Assembly: GCA_951406725.2 (NCBI GenBank) | Contig: OX597835.1 | Span: forward strand, 18,476,001-18,540,000 | Reading direction: 5' to 3' | Source of the DNA: Octopus vulgaris | Lineage: Eukaryota | Length of the DNA: 64,000 nucleotides | In this document: in pieces, positions 1 to 15,045 of the stretch | Layout of the letters: each line of letters opens with the position of its first letter | Position numbering within the stretch: the first letter of the stretch is position 1 | The notes under the pieces: generated by a model | Told to the model about the DNA's origin: nothing | Databases searched by the model: none | The model's input: only the letters and a program-made list of their open reading frames with translations | Program-made: the position numbers and the translations under genes

Positions 1-315
1 CCCAACCAACAACAAACTATACGATAAGGAAGAAAGAAAAGTCGAGACATATGACAGGTTAGCTTGGGAAGTTAAGCAGTTATAGGTAGCAGTGGTAACT
101 ATAATAGTCGGAGCCCTGGGAACAGTGAGCAAAAACCTCGAGAAGTGGAACAAATAGGGGCAGCAATAAGGGTGGAGCACTTGCAGAAATCAGCACTACT
201 TGGAACCACTCGAATACTCCGGAAGATGCTAGAAAAACAAGAGGTGTTACCTTAGTTCACTGATAGTGAACAGCTGACACTGTAGTACATCTCTAGCGTT
301 AGAAGCTGTGCAAAG
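1..315 (+). mobile_element. 3' end of RLE-type non-LTR retrotransposon (R4/Dong-like), decayed
   Basis: Translation IIVGALGTVSKNLEKW...IRVEHLQKSALLGTTRILRKMLE (with a frameshift) matches the C-terminus at 25673-25912 (IIVGALG...QKIALLGTAHILRR); followed by (CAA)n(TAA)n. Confidence 0.75.
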
Positions 316-371
316 ACAACAACAACAACAACAACAATAACAACAACAACAACAATAACAACAACAACAGC

Positions 372-410
<39 letters not shown>

Positions 411-437
411 AATAATAATAATAATAATAATAATAAA

Positions 438-840
438 GTGATATGAGCAAAGAATTGAACAATATAAAATCAACAGATTGCTCTAACAAAACGAGAAAAG
501 ATCTTAGCAACAACTGAATAGAAAGGTTAATACCATTGGGAGACCAGACGCTGAAGAACGTAAAAGGTTTTGGAGTAACATCTGGGATAATTAAAGAAAG
601 TGTAACAAAGATGCTAAATGGTTGGGAAAATATGAAGTGAAACAGAGTAATATTAGAATAGCGACTGAAACGGTTACCGAACACACAACAAACATCCGAA
701 ACTGGATATGTCCAATACCGGATGGGGTACAAGGATATTCGCTGAAAATTTTCCCTGCAATACACAGAAAAATAGTCACACAAATGGATAGAATGATCAA
801 CAAAGATCTACAAAAGTCCAAAATGGCTGATCACAAGTAA
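438..840 (+). mobile_element. Internal fragment of RLE-type LINE (region just upstream of RT), pseudogenised
   Basis: YEQRIEQYKINRLL...PDAEERKRFWSNIWD*...IRNWICPIPDGVQGYSLKIFPAIH resembles the NWKxPGPDGxQGYWLK pre-RT motif; starts directly after a (TAA)n run. Confidence 0.6.
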
Positions 841-996
841 AACGATTCTTTACCGAATGGATCCCCGCAAAGGCAGTGCAGCGGATAATTCCGGGCCTGG
901 CTCCACTGTTTGCCCCTCGTGTGGAAGCTGATAGTAGGAATAGTTATATATGTATGTATAACACCCCCCCGCACACACACACGATTATACGAGAGG

Positions 997-1150
997 TTTC
1001 TCTTAGTTTCCGCCTGTCAAATCCTCTCCCAAGGCTTTGGCCGGCTCGAGGCTGTAGCAGAAACCGCTTTCCCAAGGTACCATGCAGTAGGATTGAAACC
1101 CGAACGAAGTGATTTTACGAGCAAGCTTCTCATCACACTGCCACAAACTG
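997..1150 (-). mobile_element. Degraded partial SINE, family A
   Basis: Similar to the 5' half of the SINEs at 13882-14309 and 19501-19903. Confidence 0.6.
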
Positions 1151-1578
1151 CACCTATTGTTGCTTTTGATTACCATAATGAAAGAACTGTGACAATTTTG
1201 TGCAAGATGCCGGTAAAATCTCCTGTTTAAACGCAAGAGAAGTCACAGAAACAAAAAACAATATGACGGACAGTATAATAATACAAATATGGAGGTCAAG
1301 AAGCGAAAGCTTTATATTACATTCCCCTTTCCATCTACCTGCAACGACAAAACGACAATGAGATATCTGTGTTTTGTAATACGTTGCAAAATAGAGCAGA
1401 ACTCATGAAAAATATCACACGCATACACATACATAAGAACACGTTGACACATATCTATGTATACATGTTTGTATCGTATGTATATTAATGTGTACACATA
1501 AGAGAACAGTTTTACACACACACACACACATATATATATATATTTATATATATATATATATATAAACACACATATCTG

Positions 1579-1622
<44 letters not shown>

Positions 1623-1675
1623 TATATATCCATAGACTGACAAATGTGTGTGTAGCAGTGTGTGAACGCGTATAT

Positions 1676-1760
<85 letters not shown>

Positions 1761-1814
1761 TACGTATATTTAAGTTTGCCTTTTTACACACACACACAAA
1801 CATATGTATCTATA

Positions 1815-1894
<80 letters not shown>

Positions 1895-1911
1895 CATTTT
1901 AATGAGCACAG

Positions 1912-1974
<63 letters not shown>

Positions 1975-2826
1975 TTGCGCTCATTAAAATGTGTCTTTAT
2001 GTAGGAAAATGGTTATGTATGTTTCAAGCTAAGATGGATATGCCATTGAGTGTGGAATGGTTCTGGAGATAAGTGCATGAGATTGAATGTTCGACCGCAT
2101 GCGTGCTAATGCCTTTGTATATATATGTGTATGTGTGTGTGTGTGTGTGTGTATGTGTGGTTTGTGTCTATTGGCACCGGTAGCATAATGGTATTACTGT
2201 ATTGTCTCCACGTGCGCTAGTAATCAGGAATTTCCTTTCTAAAATGTCTGCATTGTGAACGAAAAGTGAGAAAAGATAAAACAACAATACAATAAGAACG
2301 GCAACAACGACAATACAACAACAGCAACAACAACAACAGCAGCAGCAGCAGCATCATTGTCAAGGGAACACACAAACAAGCCAAATATACAAATAGACCA
2401 TTGAAATGATAACACACACACAAACACAAACACAAATACAAACACAAAACAAATAGAATCGCAGGAGGAGAGATAAACGAAGCAAGCTAACATTGAAGCA
2501 TGATGTGAATTAATATAATATTGAAATTAAATTATCTTATAATATTTAGCATAGAGAAAACATAAAACACTAACAAGAAGGTAGCGAATATATAAGCGAG
2601 AATGGTAAAAAGGAAGAAGGAGAGGAAGAAGAGGAAAAAAAGAAGAAGAGGAGGAGATGGCGGATGGGGAGGAAGCGGAAGTGCAGCAACAACAGGTTCA
2701 TAGACCGACATTAACAAACTATATGATGACGATAACCGCAGCAATAACGAGAGCAATAGAAAATACGGTTATCAACAAAAAACCACGGCGACAACATAGT
2801 AACAACAACAACAAATACTACTACTG

Positions 2827-2865
<39 letters not shown>

Positions 2866-3119
2866 GAAATATAATAAGGTCAGTTTAAGTTTTAGAAAAC
2901 GTACTTAAAAATCGAAGATTTAAAATTGAGATTATATGTATGCGTACGGTTGTTCGTTCGAGTATGTGCGTGCGTATATAAGTATTTATATACATACATG
3001 CATACATGAACACACGATGTACGCATTTGAGAATGTGTGCAAGTGATACTTGAGCTATTTCAATTTTTATAGAATTTCCTATGTGTACATACACGAAGGA
3101 ATATACATACGTAAATACA

Positions 3120-3730
<611 letters not shown>

Positions 3731-4439
3731 CGCAACCCTGTTTATATTCTTTATTTTCTGTACAACAAAACCTTATGCAAAATATATCGAGTACGCAAAA
3801 ATAAAGATTAACAAAACCTGAAGCAACAACAATATCACCCACAAAACAAACAAACAAACAAAGCAAAAAATCATGAAAGTAAATAAATAAAATAAACAAT
3901 TACAAGACCACATGTAAACAGCAGCCTCATTCCTGGAAGCGTAATGCGTACAGAGATAGAAAGACATAGCAAGACAGAGAGAGAGAGATAGAGAGAGACA
4001 GGGAGAGAGAGAGACAGGGAGAGAGAGAGAGAGGGTGATCGAGACGCACGGTAGGAGAGAGAAAGAGAGCGAAATAGTGAAAGAAAGAAAGAGAGGTATT
4101 ATAAGAAAGAGAGAGAGAGAAAGAGTGTATGTAATGGAGAAATGATTGGAACCATTTATTATGGAAGTCTTGTTTGTTTCAATAGCTATTATTATATATT
4201 TAGCCGTTATCATTATTTCTTGTTGTGGGGCAGCACGCAGTTTCTTCCTATTCCTTCTGCCTTCTTTCAACTATTTAGCATTCTGTCTTTTTTCTTGCTT
4301 GTTTTTGCTTTCTAATTCGCATCCTTACTCATGGTTTTGTAGTTGTTAATGCCTTAACTCTTACTTCGCGTCATCCTATACCGCCTCATCCATTTTTTTT
4401 TCCTTCGCGTTCACCTTTCTCGCCATCTCATACTTCTTC

Positions 4440-4824
4440 CAATACTCTTTTACTTGTTTCAGTCATTCGACTGCGGCCATGCTGGAGAGCACCGCCTTTA
4501 ATCGAGCAACTCGACCCCGGGACTTATTCTTTTGTAAGCCCAGTACTTATTCTATCAGCCTCTTTTGCCGAACCGCCAGGTAACGGGGACATAAACACAC
4601 CAGCATAGGTTTTCAAGCAATGCTAGGGGGACAAACACAGACACACAAACATACACGCATATATATATATATATACATATATACGACGGGCTTCTTTCAG
4701 TTTCCGTCTACCAAGTCCACTCACAAGGCTTTGGTCGGCCCGAGTCTATAGTAGAAGACACTTGGCCAAGGTGCCACGCAGTGGGACTGGACCCGGAACC
4801 ATGTGGTTGGTAAACAAGCTACTT
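4440..4824 (-). mobile_element. SINE family A, 3' part (split by the 4825-6894 insertion)
   Basis: Matches 19501-19880; stops at aagctactt, and the missing head resumes at 6895-6932. Confidence 0.9.
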
Positions 4825-6894
4825 TATTTCAACAATTTTGCCACTAGGGCAGTACACAGAGTAGCTACGGGCTGGACAAAGACATTAATGGATGATGGTG
4901 GTGGTGGATGAAGATGGTGATGGGAGAAGTCAAAAAGCGCCCGCCGACTTCCGCTTCTGTAAGACATTGTTCTTTTTTTTCAATAAGTTCTATTTTCTTT
5001 TTTTCCTTAGTTTCAATAAATCGACATGAGGTTGCAAACCTCTTACACGAAGGAGGCACTAAAACCTCTTACAAAGTTCTTTTTTCATTTCTTTTGCCAC
5101 AAGGGCAGTATATGAATTCACAACAATTCTCCCTGTCAGGTCCCCGAAGCAAATTGTCTTGCCGCCTGCAGACAACTCTGCGACGACAAGTCGAGGCCTG
5201 CAAAGAGAAAAGTAAAATGTTTCCTCTCAAAGGTCTTTGTGACCCTTGACAAAATGGTTTCCGTTACTACCTCCGCAGCTACCCGCGGAGGCCATAACGG
5301 ACTCCTTGAGCTGACCGTGTCCTTGCGTTCTCCGTCACCCAAGCCATCCAAAAACTTTTCCACCTTCCCTCCCTTGTGGTAAAGGAGGAGAAACAACTGC
5401 TCTTCACAGGAAGGGACCTCACACTGATCCGTCAGTGGCACACTTTCCACTGACGGAGCACTGTCCGCGGGTGGCACACGTCCCATCCGCGGCTCCGTCG
5501 GCGACACAGAAACGTCAGCCGCCCGACCTCTCTTTCTTTTTCTCCTCCTTCTTTTGGGGGAGACTGCTGACCCAGGGGACTCCGTCATCAGACACGGGGG
5601 ATCGCTATCCCCCTCCGCCACCCGAGCGTTCTTTGGCGAGCAACCATTGTTGCTCGCCTGTCTCTTTCTTTTCGTGGAGGCAACCTCCTCCACGACTTCC
5701 ACCGTCTCCCCTCCAATGAGGGGGCGGCGGGCGCCTTTTCCCCTTCATGCTCCGGGGCACCACCACGGCCCCCGGGACAATTCCTCTTGATATGTCCGGG
5801 CTTCAGGCACAGGTGAAACTTGGGGGGCGTCCCTCGAGTATCACCGGGTACCTGTGCCCAGCCATTCTCAGGAAGTCCGGGAATTTCATTTCTCCCACGG
5901 CCACCGGTGTCCACAGGGTCAAAGTTGCCTTTGACCCCTCCCAGTCGACCGCGGGAGCCATCTTCGCACTCAGTAGCCTGGGTCCGCTATCCCCCAGGCC
6001 TCGCCGGATGGTTTTCTCGATCCATTCCGCCTCCGTGCCCGGGGGCAGCCCACAAACCCAGGCTCTTTTTACTTTTCTGCCACAATACGAGGGGAGGAAC
6101 AAAATTTCCTCTCCCTCCAGTGGCTCGCTAGCAAATCTGCTAGCTTCCTCGGGGGTACCAAACAGCAACCACACCGTTGCAAATTTAGTCCCCCGAGAAA
6201 TAAACTTTGTCGTTGGTAGGTAGTCCCCCAACTCTTTCTCTATGGTGCTCCTGTCGAAGAGGGCGATAGCTCCACGCGACCTAGAATAGGTTCGTAGGAC
6301 CACCGTCCTCTTCAATCCACTGCTTGGGTGGAACAACCTCCCATTCCAAAGCAGTGGTTTCTTTTGTTGCCATGATTTTGAAAAAAGTTCAACTAAGAGT
6401 TCAAAGTTCAATAAGAAAAAAAACACAATGACAGAACAGAAAGACAGAGCAGAGAAAAGGACGAAGGAAGACAGTTCAAATAATGGCAACACAGTTCTGC
6501 AACTGGTAATCCTCACGAAACAGGGTACCCCAGTTGCAGCACACTTGGTTCTCCGTGGTAAATCCAAGCACAATTGGTTCTCCGTGGTAAATCCAAGCGA
6601 ACAAATTAATTTTTGAGGAGGGGCTATGCCTCCTTAAAATACACAATTCTCTCTAAAAGGTGAGACAATAAATACGCCAACATGCAGAACAAATACGTCC
6701 GAAGCAAAGTGAAGCTTATTACTCGCAGAAAAGTGTTAACACTAATTAACATTAATGCCAAAAAAGTATTAACGGCAAGCAATAAACCTCACTATGCCTA
6801 CAAAAATATCCAAAATGTCCTACCTGTTGCCGTAAAATGTTCAATAATTCGCGTTAACACGTGACATTTGCCGGAGCAAAAAAACACGTCTGTC
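4825..6894 (-). mobile_element. ORF1-only Tx1/L1-like non-autonomous retroelement (2070 bp) with TSD
   Basis: Flanked by tggtaaacaagctactt (4808-4824) and tggtaagaagctactt (6895-6910); ends in AATAAA on the minus strand; encodes a gag-like ORF1; no endonuclease or RT visible. Confidence 0.75.
5136..6373 (-). pseudogene. Frameshifted Tx1/L1-type ORF1 (gag-like nucleic-acid-binding protein with zinc knuckle)
   Basis: Overlapping ORFs 5803-6573, 5588-5914 and 5136-5702 join into ...FPDFLRMAGHRYPVILEGRPP/KFHLCLKPGHIKRNCP (CX2CX4HX4C with first Cys lost) followed by a basic, low-complexity tail; start at 6373 is inferred. Confidence 0.7.
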
Positions 6895-6932
6895 TGGTAA
6901 GAAGCTACTTACCACGCAGCCACTCCTGCGCC
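6895..6932 (-). mobile_element. 5' tRNA-derived head of the split SINE
   Basis: aagctacttaccacgcagccactcctgcgcc corresponds to the SINE A 5' end at 19873-19903. Confidence 0.85.
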
Positions 6933-7717
6933 AATGATGACTTTTTTTTAATACAAGAGAAAGCCGAGCACTTGTACAGGTCTAAACGTTAAACCAGTTG
7001 CTTTACATGTGTTTCATATTAGGCCAGCGGCCCTTAAATCCCCAATATTTACTCTACCGTGATCCACGTAACAACTGCAACTGTGTAAATGTGTACAACG
7101 TCGAAATAATTTCTATTTCTGCTCATAAAATTTAATAAATTTAGGTTTATGTAATATTCATACCAACATAGGCCGCAATAGATTTTTCAGTAAAGGTGAG
7201 ATCTTTCGTTAGTAGTATCTATGAAATAAGACATAGATGTAGATTGGTTTACTACGATAGACTCTATATTGTCATGAAAATCACAATGTATTTGCTGACA
7301 CTTTCAATATATCTAACTATCTATCTATCTGTTTGTCTATAAATACATGGTGGTACCCAGCATGGCTGTAGTCCAATTACTGTTGCAGGTAAAAAAGTAA
7401 TATAAATACATTTATATGTGAGTGTGTGGATATAATTCGTCCTTACACGCGTCAGGTGTCGAAATGGTTGACGTGCAGCATAACGTGAGCAGTTTTCCTG
7501 AAGAACACAACGCATCACATCGTCTAAGAATTGAAATATCGATCTCGCGAGCATGACAACAGCAACCTAACCACTAGGCCTTTTATATGTATGCATATGT
7601 GAGTGTGTAATTTTTTGCATACACTTTAGCGATATGCTAAATCATCCATAAATGTTTATGCTGAATATATATATATGCCCTAATAGTCGAGACAGCCTGG
7701 AATCAACCGAACGAGGT

Positions 7718-7770
7718 GGCCTTACTGAAGATGGCTAGTGAAATGGCAGAAACTACCGGTCGGTCTAAAG
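7718..7770 (+). ncRNA. Degenerate type I hammerhead-like motif
   Basis: tta-CTGAAGA-tg gcta gtgaaa tggc a-GAAA-ctaccggtcgg-TC-taa; short stem I, quasi-palindromic helix III. Confidence 0.35.
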
Positions 7771-7930
7771 AATCCTCGGTTCGGTGTTCGGGGCGATTGC
7801 AGCCCCCATCAGAGTATATGTTATGTGGTTTGTAACACCATGGGAGCATTTAGGTGTTATTCACACCCTTAGTAGAATTTAGTTGAGGAGTAATTTTCCT
7901 GTACGGTATAATATTGCAAACAAGTGTTAT

Positions 7931-8077
<147 letters not shown>

Positions 8078-8080
8078 TAA

Positions 8081-8120
<40 letters not shown>

Positions 8121-8179
8121 GCACCCATTCGAAGGATTTCATCGTATCACAACTTCTCAGTATCCAATGCACGCACAGA

Positions 8180-8850
8180 ACAGTATTCATCCTGATGGCT
8201 AGGATAGAAGACGCTTCATTATGCAGCCTCGCTTGCATTTATTCATTTAAATGTGTATCCTGCTCTCACGTTCATAGTATTCCCTAGCCATACTGGGGCT
8301 TGGATAATCGATTGCATTGTGTTGTATTTCAATTTGGTGGCCACATACTAGTCTATAAACTGAATGACATAAATATTACTCTATAATCAAAATATCGCTA
8401 CAGTTCTGCACTAACCGCCATATCAAATAGGATGAGGTATTTCTCAATCCATTCAAAATTTACCTATATGATGGGGTGGAATAAAAGGGTGACATTTTCC
8501 AGAAGGTCTAATCTTGAAGATGTACAAGTAGAATGATTGTGATAGACGGGTGCTGGTGGGGGTAATGTAGGTTGGGAGTCGTGTCGTGTTGCGGAGATGG
8601 ATAAAGGATAGATAAAAGGGTGGAATCTGTGCGCTGGGGGTATTTCTTGTACCAGAATAATGAGAACAGTAACGCGCAAGGTAGGTGCGAATTGAATACA
8701 GGCTTATACACAGCACCTCACACGGAACTGGTAGCCAATCTGCCATAATCCATCCAGAATATTCTGCATCACACGAGAATGACGTGTACAGTACAGCTGC
8801 TCTAACACCACGAAGCAAGCTTTGTTTGGAAAAGGGCACTGGACCTAATC
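8180..8850 (-). mobile_element. Possible highly degraded LINE (CR1/L2-like) fragments
   Basis: Weak resemblance of ...IIQAPVW... and LRNTTRL...FIP to RT C-terminal motifs; many stops. Confidence 0.25.
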
Positions 8851-8985
8851 TGCATATGTATGTGTGTGTGTAGGGGGTGCCTGCAGACACTCTTCCATAT
8901 AGATACGCATATTTATGTAAATATTCGATTGCATTTGGGATTGTATGCTTTGAAAAGTATGTAAATATGTGTTTATGTATGCATA

Positions 8986-9102
<117 letters not shown>

Positions 9103-9192
9103 GTATATCTTTCTATATATATATATATATGTATATATCTATCTATCTATAACTATCTATCTATCTATCTATCTATCTATCCATCCATCTAC

Positions 9193-9342
<150 letters not shown>

Positions 9343-9400
9343 ATATGAGAGACAGACAGACAGAGACAGGCAGAAAGTGAGACTGAATGTGTGTATGTGT

Positions 9401-9434
<34 letters not shown>

Positions 9435-10454
9435 GCGGGTGAGAAAGAGATGAAAGAAGAGAGAAGAAAGGTAAGAAAGAGAAGGGAAAATAAATCCCGA
9501 CAGAATTCACAAGCATTATAATATGAATATCTTATACGATTTACATTTAGTTTCACAGGAGTGTAAATTTATTTATTCCGTATTTATGTAGTATAATAAA
9601 AATTTTCATAATGGATCAGAAGTGATATTTTCAAAACCGAGAAAATCTACGTAATACAATTCGAAGTTAATCTTTTAATATCTGCGCACATACATACAAA
9701 CGCACAGCCACTGACTTTCTCAGTATATTATACTCAGGCATCATGAATTATGCATTGCTGAACTTGGGATCTTGAGAAGAGAATGCTAATCCTTCATTCA
9801 TATGCTACAAATGATTACGATATCTGGGACTATAAAAATCTACAAGACCTTCTTATAATTGAAAGGGTTAAGGCTAAAAGAAATTACGATTCTCCACAAC
9901 CTTCCTATCGAGTATGTAGTTGCTCAAAATTTCCTCTAAAATTGAAAAGAGGAACAGAACATCAGAATATACATGTATATTATGTACACGGCTTCTATCT
10001 CTCTTCCACACTCTCACAAACATTGATATGCATAATGCCGTGCACGCACAAGCTCATATACACACGTACATATAATGTTTTGGTGAATTTCAAGTAATAA
10101 TTTCAAAGTCGTTGTACGACGTTGTTATATAGAATGTGTTTTTGTAGCAGTGTGAGAAAATGCCAAAGTCAAAATGATGGGATATTAAAACTTATATGTT
10201 TGAAATAAAAGGCAATAATGATTTTGTCGCTGGCTTCGCCTTTGATGTTTGATACTATTTGCAGTTGAGATGTCAAAGATATGCAGATCAGTATGTATAT
10301 GGATAGATTCATAAAATCGCTGCATTCTCATGCAGATAAATAGTTACATAGATAAGTAGACTGATGGATAGATTGATAAGTGTATGCATAAACTCACTGA
10401 TTCACACGCACATAAGTAGTGGAGATACATACGCAAATACAATGATAAATAGAC

Positions 10455-11150
10455 TAACTAATAGATTGATAGATAGTTAGATAGAAGGATAGATTGATAG
10501 AATGATTGATTGGAGAGATTGATAGTATGATAGATAGAAGGATAGATTGATAGAAAGGAGAGATAGAAGGATAGATTGATAGAAGGAGAGATTGATAGTA
10601 TGATAGATAGAAGGATAGATTGATAGAAAGGCGAGATAGAAAAGATTGATAGAAGGATAGATTGATAGAAAAGATTGATAGAAAAGATTGATAGAAGGAT
10701 AGATTGATAGAAAGATAATAGAATGGTAGATTGATAGCAATGATTGATAGAAGGAGAGATTGATAGTATGATAGATAGAAGGATAGATTGATAGAAAGGA
10801 GAGATAGAAGGATAGATTGATAGATAGGATAGATAGACAGGAGGATAGATTGATAGAAAAGATTCATAGAAGGATAGATTGATAGAAAGATAATAGAATG
10901 AGAGATTGATAGAAATGATAGATAGAAGGATAGATTGATAGAAAATATTGATAGAAGGACAGATTGATAGAAAGATAATAGAAGGATAGATTGATAGAAA
11001 TTATAGATAGAAGGATAGATTGATAGAAAGATAGACAGGAGGATAGATTGATAGAAAAGATCGATAGACGGATAGATTGATAGAAAGATAATTGAAGGAT
11101 AGATTGATAGAAATGATAGACAGAATGATAGATTGATAGAAAGATAGATG
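10455..11150. repeat. GATA-derived higher-order minisatellite (core gatagaaggatagattgatagaaa)
   Basis: Core reiterated many times with variable spacers. Confidence 0.9.
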
Positions 11151-12455
11151 GGTGTTACTGTTCCATTTGTGTTCTCTATTGAATTCCAGTCTGTCTACTG
11201 TTATGTGGGTAGCCTCTGTGCTCTAAGTGTCGCGTGAGTTCTATTTGTCGATAGTACTTTAACCTCTATTCTATTAATCATGCCTTCATGATCTGCCTGA
11301 GCATGTTGGTAGAGCTTTGGTGAGCGTTTCCATTCTTTGATCTCTCGCCAATGTTCACCTACACGCGGTATGCTGCGTGCAGTCTGTCCAATGTAGGAAG
11401 TTGTCATGTCTCTGCACCGCCCCTCGGTACAACGTAAGCTATAGACTACACTCCTAACCTTACTATTAACATGTAGGTTCATCTACATACAACACAGATG
11501 TACTCCGTACAGGGGGACATATCAAAGAGATAGGTATTGCGTATCAAGGATTTTAAACGGGCACCAGGCCTCTCTACTAATTTAATATGTAGATTAGCCT
11601 TACTTAATATGTTTCTTAACATATGGGCTAGTTCGCCCCCAAGGGTAGCGTCAAAGAACATGACACTGGTATTACTACCAATCGTTGGCCTTATTCATCT
11701 TATTACTGCTCCTTACCGTGCTGTTCCAGAATTTACTCCTGTACGGCGGGCATATCCCTTTAGCTTCACTCATTATGAAGGCTTTGTACTTAATCCCGGC
11801 TGCTTTGTACGCTAATTCTGTCCCTTCGGTTGTAACCAAAGAACTACATGCGGTGGATGAAGTGTATGTGTCTTCCCAATACCATAGGGCCGCACATGGG
11901 AGAAGCATTCCTCATCACTCTCACCAAGTCCGCTAAAAGAATGTTGAACTTGGCGTTGCCGCAATCGCTGCGTCCTTGTGAACAAGCTACATAGAGAGCA
12001 TGGGATTGGCATAATAAGAGTGAAGGATCTGGAGGTTACCGTTCCTCGTTTCTAGTCATAGTTCAGTGTCTAAAACGGGTAATCAATAGTGAGGGTGCTT
12101 ACTATGGTAGTCTATCGTTATTTCTATAATCTGGTGGATGGAATTAGCTATTTGCTGGATGCTCACCATAGTGTTAGCTTCTGAATCAAAATTGTCTTGA
12201 AGGGGTGATTTGGCTATTATGTTTATATCATCTACGTAGCGAGAGTACGTGGTTAGGTTTATAGAGTTCCCTGGTAAAATCTCTTTAAGTCTCCTATCCA
12301 ACCATACCATAAATGGGTTTGCCACATCGCCAGCAATGCATATACCGATGGCTGCACCATCATCTTGGGCGTATATCTTGGTATTTAACTTAAATAAATG
12401 GCCCTTCAGTGTGACGTTGGTACGTGTATATAGAGTATGTGCGACTATCTCTTGA
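11150..12455 (-). mobile_element. Penelope-like element, decayed RT + Cys-rich linker + GIY-YIG endonuclease
   Basis: RT motifs YAQDDGAAIG...ANPFMVWLD...YSRYVDDINII; linker IKLVERPG..LKSL...CTEYICVVC; GIY-YIG VVYSLRC...YIGQTARS...RVGEH; broken by stops and frameshifts. Confidence 0.85.
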
Positions 12456-12541
12456 ATTTGATCATTATTTTAGATATATAGGTAGTTAGGGATAGCACCG
12501 ATACATTTATAAACATACATATATAGATAAATACCTAAATG

Positions 12542-12599
<58 letters not shown>

Positions 12600-12905
12600 A
12601 CACACACGAGTGAATAGACAAACTAAAGAGGAGCACATAACACATTTATTGGGAGTTACATGTATAGATCAAAACATAAGACTAGCCACACACTTGAAAC
12701 GTATAGACAGCTGGATGTAAGTTACAGAATAAAAAGTAAAAAAAAATACAGAATATGATAACTTAATAAATACTTTTATCGCCAGTTGTCTCAACACGAT
12801 CTTAACTTTGGTAATATATGCATGATGCCATAGGCGCGTGTCGTTTCACACGTTCCTTTTCAAAAGTGCAAGGTGCCACACACACACGCACGCATATATA
12901 TATAC

Positions 12906-12962
<57 letters not shown>

Positions 12963-13089
12963 TATAGACATATATATATATATATACACACACACATATA
13001 TATATATGTATATATATATACATATATATATACACACATATATACACACATATATACACACATATATATACATATGTATATATACACAC

Positions 13090-13150
<61 letters not shown>

Positions 13151-13153
13151 CAC

Positions 13154-13188
<35 letters not shown>

Positions 13189-13201
13189 CATACATATACA
13201 T

Positions 13202-13235
<34 letters not shown>

Positions 13236-13320
13236 ACATGTATATATACATATATATATATATATGCATATGTATATACATATATATATACACATATATA
13301 TATATATATATATATAAACA

Positions 13321-13369
<49 letters not shown>

Positions 13370-13667
13370 CTACAAGTTCAGATTTATCATCGGATTGTCT
13401 CTACTACCTCTGTCAAATGAATCACCAAATTCACCCTTTCATTTTTTTATAATCTGTACCATTTTTGGTTACGAAATAAGCTACACAAAACTTGGTCTGT
13501 GAATTACGTGCATTTGCTTAGTTGAAAACATTCCTTTAATACCTCACCTAACGTCTATGTTGCATACCGGCATGGGTTGCAGAGTTACGTAGAAATTGCT
13601 ATCTCAGCTATTCGCAGTTGAGACCTGCGTAGTCGAGACGGTGTTTTTAAATTTAAGCATTCTCATT

Positions 13668-13698
13668 AACCCGAGCAACGACGGGTATTTCTGCTAGT
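13668..13698 (+). mobile_element. Helitron-like 3' terminus
   Basis: cccgagcaacgacggg hairpin, short spacer, then CTAG|T; near-identical terminus at 61828-61858. Confidence 0.6.
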
Positions 13699-13881
13699 AT
13701 GTATGTAGGTATGTATGCATGCATTCATGCATGTGTGCATCTGCTTGCCATTAACAGAGTTCCACATACCGGAAACATGAAGTTTTGAAAGCATATACAA
13801 ACCTACTCGTGAACAAATAATAAAAACAAAGCCATTTAATGCATATTCTCACGGAGGCAAACAATCAGAAACGTTGAAGTC

Positions 13882-14082
13882 ACTCTTTACTCTTTTACTC
13901 TTTTACTTGTTTCAGTCATTTGACTGGGGCCATGCTGGAGCACCGCCTTTAGTCGAGCAAATCGACGCCGGGACTTATTCTTTTGTAAGCCCAGTACTTA
14001 TTCTATCGGTCTCTTTTGCCGAACCGCTAAGTGACGGGGACGTAAACACACCAGCATCGGTTGTCAAGCAATGCTAGGGGGA

Positions 14083-14142
<60 letters not shown>

Positions 14143-14309
14143 CATATATACGACAGGCTTCTTTCAGTTTCCGACTACCAAATCCACTCACAAGGCATTG
14201 GTCGGCCCGGGGCTATAGCAGAAGACACTTGCCCAAGATGCCACGCAGTGGGACTGAACCCGGAACCATGTGGTTGGTTAGCAAGCTACTTACCACACAG
14301 CCACTCCTG
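13882..14309 (-). mobile_element. tRNA-derived SINE family A, near full length
   Basis: Box A/B-like head (tggctgtgtggtaag...ggttcagtcc), central CA/TA microsatellite, (gagtaaaa)n tail; multiple copies in window. Confidence 0.9.
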
Positions 14310-15045
14310 TTACACTTATCGTAATAAATGTTAATAAAAATGCAGTGTATTCAAAGTATTTAACATTCTAATCTGTTTAATGCTAAGTTGTTTCAATACA
14401 CACATACACTCATAATTACATATGTTCGTGTGCCTGTGTATGCACGTGTGTAAACTTGTGAACGTTTATATGAAGTCTTGTAGTAATATATATCCATAAG
14501 TTTATATGTTTATATGTTTATAAAAATGTATATGGGTGTGTCTGAGTGTATGTATGTACGCATATGAGACTGGATAAAGCAATATAACATCATTATGTTT
14601 CCAATATGGTCGAAACCCATTGGCTGATGTTTTGTAATAGAGAAACAACGTATGTAAGAAGACAATAGATATTTTCGACGTGTTAAAATTGCTTAATACA
14701 GACTCGGACAATGGAGAACGCAGATGCGGAGATATTTAAAATTAGCACCTGATCTGTTGAACTAGTCTTCATACATTGCAAGAAGCGTTAAGAATGGAAT
14801 TATTTAAAGTGAGAATTTGTAAGAAAAATTGCTGAAAAGGTCGTACCTCCATTGGCAACGGGGCATAAATATATATGGACATTGCTTAAGACATTTATGT
14901 CTAAAATTTCAGAGAAGATTGCATGTTTGTCTTTTCAGTTCACTTTAACAATTAACATCTGTACAAACACATTCGTATCTACGGATATGGTCATAAATAT
15001 ATGTGTTGCTTGTTTTATTTCTGTGTGCCTGCTAAGTGTTTAGAA

